Assembly (NCBI GenBank): GCA_964348415.1
Contig: CAYGCR010000004.1
Location: 21,651 to 85,650, forward strand
DNA from: an uncultured Ignavibacteria bacterium
GTDB lineage: Bacteria > Zixibacteria > MSB-5A5 > SM1-73
Length of the DNA: 64,000 nt
Reading direction: 5' to 3'
Within the stretch, counting starts at the first letter, position 1; each line of letters starts with the position of its first letter. Shown here one piece after another: positions 29,449 to 38,380 of the stretch. The notes under the pieces were generated by a model that saw only the letters and a program-made list of their open reading frames with translations, did no database searches and had not been told where the DNA came from. A program made the translations under genes and the position numbers.

Positions 29449-30213
29449 ATGAACACCGAAGGTAACGATTCGAAGCGACTCACCAGCCATACCGGAAATG
29501 ACAGGTTTCCCTCCTGGTCGCCTGATGGTAAACAGATCGCCTTTGTTTCAGATCGAGACGGTAATGATGAATTGTATCTCATGAATCACGACGGGACTGA
29601 AACAAAACGATTGACTCATACTCCCGATAGGGAAGGTTCGCCCTCGTGGTTCCCTGATGGGAAAACAATATATTTGAACTCGGATCGGGACGGCGGAGGA
29701 AACATCTATAGCTTTGACATTGACAGTGGTCAAATTCAAAGGTTGTCATTTGTCGATGGTGACGCATGGCATCCTGCCTGTTCACCTGACGGAAAATGGA
29801 TTGTATTCGATATGATAAAAGAGGGAAAACGTGACATTTACGTCATGGATAGCAACGGTCGAAATATCAGGCAAGTGACTAAAATTGGGCAAGTGGGAGG
29901 TCCGTGTTGGTCGCCTGATGGGTCGAAGATTGTATTTGATGCGTTTCTCAATGACAATATTGATATTTATACGATCGATGCAGATGGAAGCAATTTAAAA
30001 CAAGTCACCCGTTCAGAAAAATATGACGAATATCCAACCTGGTCTGCAGATGGGAAACAGATCGTTTTCACTTCCAGGCGTGACGGGAATGAAGAGATTT
30101 ACAAAATAAATGTGGATGGAAGTCATCCGATACGATTAACCAATCATGTCGCAAGTGATTTTCTACCTAGCTGGCAACCAAAACCTACTATGCAACCTAA
30201 ACAAAGAAAATGA
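29449..30213 (+). CDS. TolB-like PD40 beta-propeller repeat protein, apparently 5'-truncated.
   Basis: It has repeated DGKxIxF..DRDGNxEIY motifs. In-frame upstream codons encode ..FIVFASNRDGNLEIYR, another PD40 repeat. However, there is no start codon or signal peptide. Confidence 0.6.
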   Translation: MNTEGNDSKRLTSHTGNDRFPSWSPDGKQIAFVSDRDGNDELYLMNHDGTETKRLTHTPDREGSPSWFPDGKTIYLNSDRDGGGNIYSFDIDSGQIQRLSFVDGDAWHPACSPDGKWIVFDMIKEGKRDIYVMDSNGRNIRQVTKIGQVGGPCWSPDGSKIVFDAFLNDNIDIYTIDADGSNLKQVTRSEKYDEYPTWSADGKQIVFTSRRDGNEEIYKINVDGSHPIRLTNHVASDFLPSWQPKPTMQPKQRK

Positions 30214-30414
30214 GGTATAGTAATCGCCTGATAAACATATTCAGTTGAAGAATAAGACTCGGGATCTTAATCTAAATTGCTTCTTCAATATTATGTATAA
30301 AGCGTGCAACACGGGTAGCAACGAGATGCGCCTTAGAACGCCTCGGGCTCTCCGAACCCTTCGGCGACCGACGCATCCCGTCTTAGGGGTCTTCCCAGTT
30401 CTGTCGGGTCTTGC

Positions 30415-30485
30415 TCGCACTGGCGCGTGACCCGACAGCCGAGCAAGCAGGTGGCAGGTCACACCCGTAGGGCAAGACCTCGCAT
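30415..30485. repeat. Copy of the REP family-1 element.
   Basis: The sequence gcgtgacccgacag...caggtcacacccgtagggcaagacc is present. Confidence 0.45.
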
Positions 30486-30497
30486 AACTTTGAGTGG

Positions 30498-31562
30498 GTG
30501 TTTCAAGGACATCTTATGAAACCCTATGAAGAACTAACCTATCTTGGCCGGGTACGGAGATTTCGACAGTTGGCCGCTGCAGCACTTGCTGACTATCGGT
30601 TATCTGAAGCGCACTTCAAACTCTTCAGACAAGCTGGGAATACACTTTTCCGTGTGGCCGCATCAGACCCTACTCCCATGAAAGAATGGGACGATCGGTA
30701 CGAGAATGGTCAATACCTGTTGCGGATTCACCACCCTGGCTACCAGTCCGCAGAGGCGATTGAACTGGAGTTAGCCTGGCTTGCTGCGATGTGCCGAGAC
30801 GCCAATCTACCGGTGCCGCATCCCGTCCCAACCACTGACGGCAGGCTCTTGACGCAGGTCTCCATACCCGGGATACCGGGGAAACGTAACTGCTCACTTC
30901 TTCGCTGGTTGAAGGGACGATTTCTTACCAAAGTGATCAGACCTCACCACTACCGAGCACAGGGGAGATTGATGGCACGATTGCATGATTATGCAGCACG
31001 CTGGCGACCTCCTCCGGGTCTTACCAAACGGCGTTACGACTGGAAAGGGTTGTTCAAAGACGATTCGGGCACGGGCATGCCGGCGAGTGAGGCTTGGGCG
31101 CTTTTGCCGCAATCCCACCGCGAGCCCTTTGAAATGGTGGCCGGGCGGGTAAAGAAGGTGATGAACGAGTTAGGTGAAGGCCCTGATGCTTTCGGGCTGA
31201 TCCACGCTGATCTTGGCGTAGATTCGAACGTGCTGTTCTGGCGAGGAGAGGCTCGCGCCATCGACTTTGACGAATCTGGTTTCGGCTACTGGGTGTACGA
31301 CTTGGCCATCGCATTGGAGCATTGCCGGGAAGATGCCGAATATCCTGAATTTCGGGACGCCCTGCTGGATGGATATACCCAGATCCGCTCCCTGCCGGAG
31401 GGGCACCTGGAACATTTAGATCTCTTTGCAGCGGCCTTTGACGTTTATTGGACTCTCTGGGCCACTGCGGCAACACGTCTCTCTCCGAGCAGTCGAGAAA
31501 AGCTTCGCCCCCGGATGGAAAGGGCCGCGAGGCTGGCAGGAGGCTACCTTACCGGCCGCTGA
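30498..31562 (+). CDS. Phosphotransferase-family enzyme (APH / homoserine-kinase-type II-like).
   Basis: Catalytic-loop and Mg-binding motifs LIHADLGVDSNVLF and IDFDESGFGYWVYDLA are present. Confidence 0.65.
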   Translation: MFQGHLMKPYEELTYLGRVRRFRQLAAAALADYRLSEAHFKLFRQAGNTLFRVAASDPTPMKEWDDRYENGQYLLRIHHPGYQSAEAIELELAWLAAMCRDANLPVPHPVPTTDGRLLTQVSIPGIPGKRNCSLLRWLKGRFLTKVIRPHHYRAQGRLMARLHDYAARWRPPPGLTKRRYDWKGLFKDDSGTGMPASEAWALLPQSHREPFEMVAGRVKKVMNELGEGPDAFGLIHADLGVDSNVLFWRGEARAIDFDESGFGYWVYDLAIALEHCREDAEYPEFRDALLDGYTQIRSLPEGHLEHLDLFAAAFDVYWTLWATAATRLSPSSREKLRPRMERAARLAGGYLTGR

Positions 31563-31659
31563 TGCTCCCGAAATGCAAATTCCCGAGGCTGACTGTCATC
31601 GAGGTTTCTCCCGCCTCTGGCGGGATCTTGAGATTAATGCCGACGCATGAGGAAATCCC

Positions 31660-32465
31660 CTAATTGCCCACCCACGTGATTTTCTGCCCAGCATCGTATC
31701 TGAGACGAAAACGGGGAACCGCTACCGTCTGGAGACCGTATAGACGTAAGGTAAACGGTACAACAAAATAGATCAGGAAAGGCGGTATGCAATGAGAGTG
31801 GGAAGTTTCTCCGAACAAGATGTGCTCAGCTTGGCTAAGAGAGCGTACAATGAAGGAGACGCAGGGTTTGAGATCAAATCGGATAAATGCGCCTTGTTAG
31901 TCATTGACATGCAGGATGAATTTGTGAAACCTCATTGGTCTCCTGACTGGGTGCCCGAAGCCACAAAACGAGTACCCCGGATTAAGATGCTGATTGAACA
32001 CTGCAGGAGTAAGAATATCCCGGTAATCTACACGGTATACTCAAACACACATAATTTCCTGGACCGTCCGAAGACCGGGAAATTCATGCCAGGACGATAT
32101 TCGGAGCTGGACATTGACTTCTCCATATTCTTTGTGAATGGACGAGTCTGGCACGAACTTGCTCCTCGAGAGGATGAGATAGTGATCAAGAAGTCGTCCT
32201 ACGGAGCGTTCTATGATACACCCTTAGAGACAATTCTGAAGAACATGGGAAAGGACACGGTGATTATATGTGGGACGATAACCAACTGTTGTTGTGGTAC
32301 AACAGCACGACAGGCGTATGAAAGGAGCTTTAAAGTAGTCTTCGGAAGCGATGTAACGGCGCCTGATGATCCGGAAACGCAAGAGTCAGAGCTGAAGGTC
32401 CTAAGGAAAGGTTTTGCGAGGGTCTTGAGCGCGGAAGAAATAATCAGGGCTTTAAGCTAAATTGT
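31660..32465. repeat. Segmental duplication of about 0.8 kb. It comprises isochorismatase gene copy 2 plus about 130 bp of upstream leader, and is a duplicate of 26880-27690.
   Basis: DNA identity is about 85-90% in the leader (..ctggagaccgtatagac..taaggtaaa.ggtacaaca..gatcaggaaagg..) and in the CDS. Confidence 0.7.
31792..32460 (+). CDS. Isochorismatase-family cysteine hydrolase (copy 2).
   Basis: It is about 90% identical at the amino-acid level to 27008..27676. Confidence 0.8.
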   Translation: MRVGSFSEQDVLSLAKRAYNEGDAGFEIKSDKCALLVIDMQDEFVKPHWSPDWVPEATKRVPRIKMLIEHCRSKNIPVIYTVYSNTHNFLDRPKTGKFMPGRYSELDIDFSIFFVNGRVWHELAPREDEIVIKKSSYGAFYDTPLETILKNMGKDTVIICGTITNCCCGTTARQAYERSFKVVFGSDVTAPDDPETQESELKVLRKGFARVLSAEEIIRALS

Positions 32466-32635
32466 CCTGTTGGCTTTCACGCTGGATGGCTTGGGGATTA
32501 GAAATTCCCGAGGCTACGCGGCATCGGCATTTCCGAATGCCGATGCATCACGAGAGAAGTTGCCTTTGGCGCTTCGACCGGTTAGCCTAGATATTTGGGC
32601 TCGTTCACTGAAACTAAGTAAGGGAGGACCTATCT

Positions 32636-33034
32636 ATGATCGGTGAGCAACGTCAATCGGTTTCGAGCGGCAGTCCATATGAGCCGCTGGTCGGTATTTC
32701 CAGAGCGGCGCGTGTCGGCCAAATCATTGCGGTCTCTGGAACGGCACCGTTGGATCCAGACGGCAAGACCGTGGCCGTGGGTGATGCCGAACAGCAGGCC
32801 AGACGCTGCCTGCAGATTGCCCAAGAGGCGCTTGAGAAACTGGGAGCCTCCTTAAAGGATGTGATTCGTACCAGAATCCTCCTCACCAGAATCGATGATT
32901 GGGAGAAGGTAGCGAGAGTCCACGGCGAGTTCTTCTCGCAAATCCGACCGGTTAGCACCGTCGTACAGGTGAGCCGTTTTGTGGATCAGGATTGGCTGGT
33001 CGAGATCGAAGTCGATGCCGTGCTTCGAGAGTGA
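32636..33034 (+). CDS. RidA/YjgF/TdcF-family reactive-intermediate deaminase.
   Basis: It matches the family fold across about 130 aa, with AVSGTAPLDPDGK and the C-terminal motif ..RILLTRIDDWEKV..LVEIEVDAV. Confidence 0.75.
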   Translation: MIGEQRQSVSSGSPYEPLVGISRAARVGQIIAVSGTAPLDPDGKTVAVGDAEQQARRCLQIAQEALEKLGASLKDVIRTRILLTRIDDWEKVARVHGEFFSQIRPVSTVVQVSRFVDQDWLVEIEVDAVLRE

Positions 33035-33147
33035 AGCCTGGAAAAAGTGTCATGAGCCAGGGCGGCTACCTGCATGCTTGCAGGGCATCTGCTCAGATGT
33101 TCCTGTCTGAGCTCCTGACCTACTGGCTTCATACCAAGGAGTCAAAC

Positions 33148-33630
33148 ATGAATTTCAGAGTAAACATATTGAACACAATGTTGATTCTATTTTCAATAGC
33201 TTTACTCGGATGTCATTCACGACCAGATTTTGAAGCATTAAGGTCGGAGATACTTGAACTTCATAAATCAACAATTGAAGCACACCTGAGTAACAATGTT
33301 GATTTTCTCGTTCGAAATTTGTCTGGCGATTTCATGTCGGTTTCCAACGGAGAGATAGACTATCCAACGAAAGAAGAACTCAGATCGGAATTCAGCAGCT
33401 ATCTCAATAATACTGAATTTTCGGAATACACAGATCTCCGTGAACCGATAATCGGTTTCTCAAAGGATGGCTCAGTTGCCTGGTCTGTGGTACAAGTGAA
33501 GGTAACGGGAAGGCGTACGATGGACGACGGGACCCAGAGGGATTTGGATTTCACTTGTGCATGGATCACGCTATATGAAAGGGAAGGCAGTCGATGGATA
33601 AAATTGGCAGAGGTGTCGAATTTCAAGTGA
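33148..33630 (+). CDS. Lipoprotein with an NTF2-like/SnoaL-like (DUF4440-type) fold.
   Basis: It has a signal peptide and lipobox (LLGC). The CDS is AT-rich (about 38% GC). The ORF is open from 32992. Confidence 0.45.
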   Translation: MNFRVNILNTMLILFSIALLGCHSRPDFEALRSEILELHKSTIEAHLSNNVDFLVRNLSGDFMSVSNGEIDYPTKEELRSEFSSYLNNTEFSEYTDLREPIIGFSKDGSVAWSVVQVKVTGRRTMDDGTQRDLDFTCAWITLYEREGSRWIKLAEVSNFK

Positions 33631-33654
33631 TAGCTTGCGTTCCGTCGGGTCCGG

Positions 33655-33735
33655 CCCCAGGTGGCTGGTGTGACCCGACAGCTGACTAACCAGGTGTTAG
33701 GTGACGCCCGTTGGGCAAGACCTGACACGACCTCA
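33655..33735. repeat. Copy of the REP family-1 element.
   Basis: The sequence ggtgtgacccgacagctgac...gacgcccgttgggcaagacctgacacgacc is present. Confidence 0.5.
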
Positions 33736-33754
33736 GCGCAGCAAGGAGATTCAT

Positions 33755-34921
33755 ATGTCAGCGTTTCCCTACGAGACCCCAGTCGAACCCGAATCGGTGA
33801 ATACAGATCCAGGTAGACTGGCGAGAGTTGTTGAACGCTTTCAAAGGCAGCAATCATCCGGTTCGTTTCCCGGCGGACAGCTTGTTTTAAGGCGTGACGG
33901 GAGGCTCGTACTCAATAAAGCTATAGGGATCGCTCGTGGATTCCGATCCAATGAGTCCATGTCACCTGTGCCGGTTGAATCCCAAACTCCATTTCCTGTT
34001 CTTTCTGCTGGCAAGCCTCTCGCTGCAACTACAATCGCCATGCTGGAGGATCGAGGGATACTGGATGTCGAGGCTCCTATTGCTGAAATCTTCCCAGAGT
34101 TTGCACGACATGGCAAAGAACGTATTACCACGCTGGACGTCTTGACCCACAGATCCGGAATGTTGATGCCAGGTTTTGTTAAGAATATGCATTTATGGGG
34201 AGATATAGAAGCCATTCGGAAAGCGCTGATAGAGACGGTGCCTTCTTACCCTCACGGTACATTGGCCTACCATCCCCATGAATACGGATGGATTCTTTCG
34301 GAAATCGTGCAGAGGGTAGATGGAAGGAGCCTACCCGATTTCTTTGTGGATGAGATTGCGACCCCTTTACGGTTACCTGCGCTTCAGTTTGGGTTGGCAG
34401 GCCGAGATATAAATTCATTAGCTTTTTCTTATTGGTTAGGGAAGGAAAAGGTCATTGTAGCTGGAATGAACGTTGCTGAAGATTTTGAGGGACAAAACTC
34501 TGTGCAGTTTTTCAATGCCAGGAATCCAGCAACCAGTTTGGTCACTGATGCTTCTAGTCTCGCGGTTTTTTATGATTTTCTCGTAAATGGGGGGAAGACG
34601 CCTGCCGGGCAGCGATTGATTTCGGAAAAAACGGTATGCCGGTATACCTCACGGCATGTTCTGTCGTGGGACAGGAACCTAAGAAACCCCTTGGCAGTCG
34701 GTAGAGGATTTGTTGTGGGAACGCTATTTCCCTCAAGTTTCGGGTGGTGGAACACAAGCCAATGTTTTGGGCACCCTGGAGGATTTTCTTGCCTGGCCTT
34801 TGGGGACCTTGGGACAAACATCTCAGTGGCCATTGTCACCAATGGAAACAGAAGCATCAATGATTTTGCCAAACGATTCTTACCTCTTGCTCACGGACTC
34901 CGCAGAGCGTGCAAAAGATGA
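33755..34921 (+). CDS. Serine hydrolase of the beta-lactamase family (class C / EstB-like).
   Basis: It has an S-x-x-K motif (LSAGKPL), LTHRSG, and GHPGGFSC near the C-terminus. Confidence 0.7.
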   Translation: MSAFPYETPVEPESVNTDPGRLARVVERFQRQQSSGSFPGGQLVLRRDGRLVLNKAIGIARGFRSNESMSPVPVESQTPFPVLSAGKPLAATTIAMLEDRGILDVEAPIAEIFPEFARHGKERITTLDVLTHRSGMLMPGFVKNMHLWGDIEAIRKALIETVPSYPHGTLAYHPHEYGWILSEIVQRVDGRSLPDFFVDEIATPLRLPALQFGLAGRDINSLAFSYWLGKEKVIVAGMNVAEDFEGQNSVQFFNARNPATSLVTDASSLAVFYDFLVNGGKTPAGQRLISEKTVCRYTSRHVLSWDRNLRNPLAVGRGFVVGTLFPSSFGWWNTSQCFGHPGGFSCLAFGDLGTNISVAIVTNGNRSINDFAKRFLPLAHGLRRACKR

Positions 34922-35087
34922 TCTCAGTTGAGAATATACCTTTCAGGGGCAGGGCAGTGGCAAACTAGTAGCAGTAGACCGTAGGTCAGGTGCCCTGCGC
35001 ACCTGACAAAAGAAGGTGTCAGGAGCTACTCGCGACGGAAGGCCGCAGCTGATGCCAGTCGTCGTTATGCAGCAGAATCGAGGGCTT

Positions 35088-35858
35088 ATGGTGAACTACT
35101 TCGGTGATGGAATGGACGCCAGACGTTACGCAAGGGCGCGTCCGAACATCCATCCAACTGCTGTCGAGAGATTCCGACGGTTTGCGCAGATAGATACGCG
35201 GCTTTCTCTGGCGCTAGATGTAGGTTGCGGCACGGGTCAATCCACGGTCGCCCTTACGGAGGTGGCGGAACAGGTCATCGGGATCGACCCATCTGTCGAC
35301 ATGCTGAGGCACGCTGCACGCCACCCGAACGTCGAGTATCGGCAGTCAGCAGCCGAGCAGACTCCGTTCTGCGATAGTCAATTCGATCTCATCACTGCGG
35401 CGCAAGCGTTTCATTGGTTCGATCATGACGCGTTTCTTGCCGAGTCGCACCGCCTGCTGCGAGCGCCTGGCTGGCTGCTGGTCTACACGAGCTGGTTCAC
35501 CGGCGAGATGAAGGGCGAGCCCACCTTCTGTGATTGGTTCAAGGACCAGTATCTTTGTCGCTACCCAACTCCACCCCGCGACCGAACTCCCATCACGAAA
35601 GAACTCGCCCACAAACATGGTTTTGTATTCCGCCGAGAAGAGGAGTTCTCCAACGAAGTGGGTATGACGATTAACCGGTTCACAGATTACCAGCTATCAA
35701 CGACCAATATCATCGCGGCGGTCAAGCGGGGGACATGCTGCTTTGACGATGCTGCTGAATGGATACACAGTTCACTTAAGCCCTTCTTCTCGGATAGGCG
35801 CGAGAGAGTGTTTCTGTTCGGCGGGAAGATATGGTACTTAGAGAAGGCTGCTGCATAA
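35088..35858 (+). CDS. Class I SAM-dependent methyltransferase.
   Basis: Motif I is LDVGCGTGQST. It resembles methyltransferase types 11/12. The ORF is open from 35016. Confidence 0.7.
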   Translation: MVNYFGDGMDARRYARARPNIHPTAVERFRRFAQIDTRLSLALDVGCGTGQSTVALTEVAEQVIGIDPSVDMLRHAARHPNVEYRQSAAEQTPFCDSQFDLITAAQAFHWFDHDAFLAESHRLLRAPGWLLVYTSWFTGEMKGEPTFCDWFKDQYLCRYPTPPRDRTPITKELAHKHGFVFRREEEFSNEVGMTINRFTDYQLSTTNIIAAVKRGTCCFDDAAEWIHSSLKPFFSDRRERVFLFGGKIWYLEKAAA

Positions 35859-35861
35859 CTA

Positions 35862-35940
35862 GCGAGTGTGAGTCGACAACCGAGCAGTCAGCTGTCAGGT
35901 CGCACCCGTAGGGGAAGACCTGACACAACCTGCAAAGGTA
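35862..35940. repeat. Copy of the REP family-1 element.
   Basis: The sequence cagctgtcaggtcgcacccgtaggggaagacctgacacaacctg is present. Confidence 0.5.
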
Positions 35941-35959
35941 TGAGTTGGGCGGGAGAAAA

Positions 35960-36835
35960 ATGAAGATCGAATATCGTAGCGGGTACTTTAACGATCCTGA
36001 TGCGAAAGCATCGTTCGAGCGCTACGCAAAGAAAATCTTCGGACTCGATTTCAGTCGATGGAAAGCCCGGGGACTTTGGGATGATCAGTACAAGCCCTTT
36101 TCCGCTTTCATCGGCGGAGAATGTGTCGCCTCCATTTGTGTCTATCCTTCGGACATGAGAGTCGATGGTTTGAAGAAGAAAGGTGGCCAACTTCTGACGG
36201 TAGGAACTCTGCCCGAGGATCGATCGCAAGGCATACAAAGAGAGATTTGGAAAAGAGTCTGGGCTTGGATACAGCAGGAGTGCGATTTCGCTTTTCTATT
36301 CACCGACGAATCGGCGGCAGACTTTTACGAAAAGCTGGGTTTAACAAGACAACCAGAGCATTTCGATGTGGTGAGCTGCCCGCAGCTAACAAGCCAAGAT
36401 GAGTTGCGATTCAAGAGGCTAAATTTAGAGCTTGACCGCGAATATGCGATTGTTGAGCGTTTGGCGAGAGAAAGAGAGATGGTCTCCGATCGGCTTGGTT
36501 TCTTCAATCCCAACCTGCTTTTGTTCATGTTTCTCTATGTTTACCAGAGCTGGTCCTATTATCTTGCGGATATCGATACTGTAGTTGTCGTCGAGGAGAC
36601 AGAAGACCGATTGCGGATTCACGACATCGTGGCCAAGAAGATGCCGAAGCTATCCGATATCGAGATCTTCCTTGCACAGTTCAGGAAGGAGGAAATCGAA
36701 TTCCTGTTTTGCACGGATCGTCTGGGACTAATTCAACCTACGAAGAAGAAGAGGGTGGAAGAAGATGTGTTGTTTGTCAGCGAGGATTTCGAGTTAGACG
36801 GCCGGTTCGTTTTTCCTTACTCGATTCGTGCATAG
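35960..36835 (+). CDS. GNAT-like acetyltransferase domain protein with a C-terminal extension.
   Basis: The N-terminal approximately 150 aa have a GNAT-like pattern. An RBS (GGGAGAAAA) lies before the ATG at 35960. Confidence 0.4.
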   Translation: MKIEYRSGYFNDPDAKASFERYAKKIFGLDFSRWKARGLWDDQYKPFSAFIGGECVASICVYPSDMRVDGLKKKGGQLLTVGTLPEDRSQGIQREIWKRVWAWIQQECDFAFLFTDESAADFYEKLGLTRQPEHFDVVSCPQLTSQDELRFKRLNLELDREYAIVERLAREREMVSDRLGFFNPNLLLFMFLYVYQSWSYYLADIDTVVVVEETEDRLRIHDIVAKKMPKLSDIEIFLAQFRKEEIEFLFCTDRLGLIQPTKKKRVEEDVLFVSEDFELDGRFVFPYSIRA

Positions 36836-36958
36836 AATGGAGACCCGCTAAATCACTGCGTGTTCTGTCAGGGGATACTCCTGACAGTCACGTCAGATCT
36901 GAGGACCTGACGGAACAAGAATACTCACGCCCTCTTGGCTTCATTTTGGCACTTCATC

Positions 36959-38203
36959 TTAATATATCTGGCGGAGCGTGATAACTACGCCATTTAGCAC
37001 TTGATCTTCTCGCGAGATATCGAGTGTAACCTGTTTTCCTTCATCAGAAAGAATTGACCTGATCTCTCCGGCTTTGTACTCTGAAGGTTTCACTCCATTG
37101 ATATGTGTAATGACGTCATTCACTCTAATGCCTGATTCGTCTGCAGGAGATTTGGGATAGACTCTGGTGACTCTCAAATTGCCAAGTTGGTCAGGTAATA
37201 GCTCCATCCCCGTCATGTTGACCTTAAATGGATCATTAAACGCTTTTGACGGTTCAAGAATCAGTCGGCTATTGAAGTAATCGAAGGTGACATTGAATCT
37301 CTGCAACAAAGGAAATCCTATCATGGTATTTCCATAAACGTCGGTTTCTTTGTCAACCAAGGTGAACGCGGTCTCTACATCATTCAGAATATATTTTCCC
37401 AGTTTTATGCTTTCTACTCTACCCAGGAATCCTTCATGAAGAGAGAAAGCTGTGCCCAGACCTGATTTTGCAGCGTTTTTCGGAAGTCGGATACTGTCGT
37501 ATTTCCCGATGGGCAAATAAAGAGGGTAAATTCCGCCGAGATCAACGAGGAGATCGATCGAGGTTTGAGAACCATCCTGCATTTTTATATCGGCCCGAAT
37601 GGTCCTTGAGTCATGGGGACCTGGTTTCATGGTCATGGCCTGCCCCTTACCCGAATCATCGAATTCTGCCGGGGGCATTAATTCGATTACAGACTCGTCA
37701 AAGTTGATCCTCACAACGAAATGCTTGAAGAAGGTTGCGCTCACCTGTCCATCAATTCCCTCCCACAAATTGGGCAGACGGGGGTCATATCTTGTTACTA
37801 TGGCCGTTTGTTCGGTAAAAACGACATCCTTGAAATCAAGCGAAACATTCGGAGCGACATCGGCTCGTATGGGATTGGCGACATTGGAATCACCGATCAC
37901 GGTTTCTCCGGTATATTTCAAGGCTAAAGAATCCGTTTTGGGGCTCCCAAAGAAAAGAAGTTCATCCCAAAGTGAACCATTATCGATCGACAAATGACAG
38001 TCCCGGCCATTGACTTTCGCTGTCATCCGGATTTTATCTCTATACAGCTCAAAAGGAATCGTGATCTTTCCGTCTTCCGTTAATACCTTGTATTTGCCGG
38101 GCAGGGTCTTTTCAGGTGAAGAGTCTTGTTGCGAAAATGACACAGAACAGATGGTGAACGTGAATAATAGGAACAGTGAAATCAAGATACATCTGGGATT
38201 CAT
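36959..38203 (-). CDS. Secreted two-lobed retropepsin-like (clan AA) aspartyl-protease homologue with a C-terminal PDZ domain. Its active-site motifs look degenerate.
   Basis: It has a signal peptide and two aspartyl-protease-like domains with DNGS and DLGG in place of DTGA. A C-terminal PDZ domain is present (LRVTRVYPKSPADESGIRVNDVITHINGV). It is a paralogue of 55479..57335. Confidence 0.5.
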   Translation of the reverse strand: MNPRCILISLFLLFTFTICSVSFSQQDSSPEKTLPGKYKVLTEDGKITIPFELYRDKIRMTAKVNGRDCHLSIDNGSLWDELLFFGSPKTDSLALKYTGETVIGDSNVANPIRADVAPNVSLDFKDVVFTEQTAIVTRYDPRLPNLWEGIDGQVSATFFKHFVVRINFDESVIELMPPAEFDDSGKGQAMTMKPGPHDSRTIRADIKMQDGSQTSIDLLVDLGGIYPLYLPIGKYDSIRLPKNAAKSGLGTAFSLHEGFLGRVESIKLGKYILNDVETAFTLVDKETDVYGNTMIGFPLLQRFNVTFDYFNSRLILEPSKAFNDPFKVNMTGMELLPDQLGNLRVTRVYPKSPADESGIRVNDVITHINGVKPSEYKAGEIRSILSDEGKQVTLDISREDQVLNGVVITLRQIY

Positions 38204-38380
38204 GTTTCTTCCTATCCCGGTTCAATCAGTTGGATTTCTCGACGAGCTTGCCATTAGCCAGTTAATTGCCTATCACAAGCGTTCGCACAGCAAAGAAGCG
38301 GAATGTTTTTTACCTATACTCGCGGTGCAGCACAGGGATTTAGATTCCATTGCGTTCCCGTTGTAAGGACTCCTCGTCGA

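Noticed and set aside
29246-29452. ORF of 68 aa immediately upstream of and overlapping the TolB-like start.
   Set aside because: It is in a different frame from the PD40 repeats and low-complexity hydrophobic. The in-frame upstream region of the TolB-like gene is the meaningful reading.
26700-36000. Possible CRISPR array, because of many short repeated palindromic sequences.
   Set aside because: The repeats are irregularly spaced and not direct repeats of uniform length with unique spacers. They are imperfect palindromes (REP-like) at gene ends, not CRISPR.
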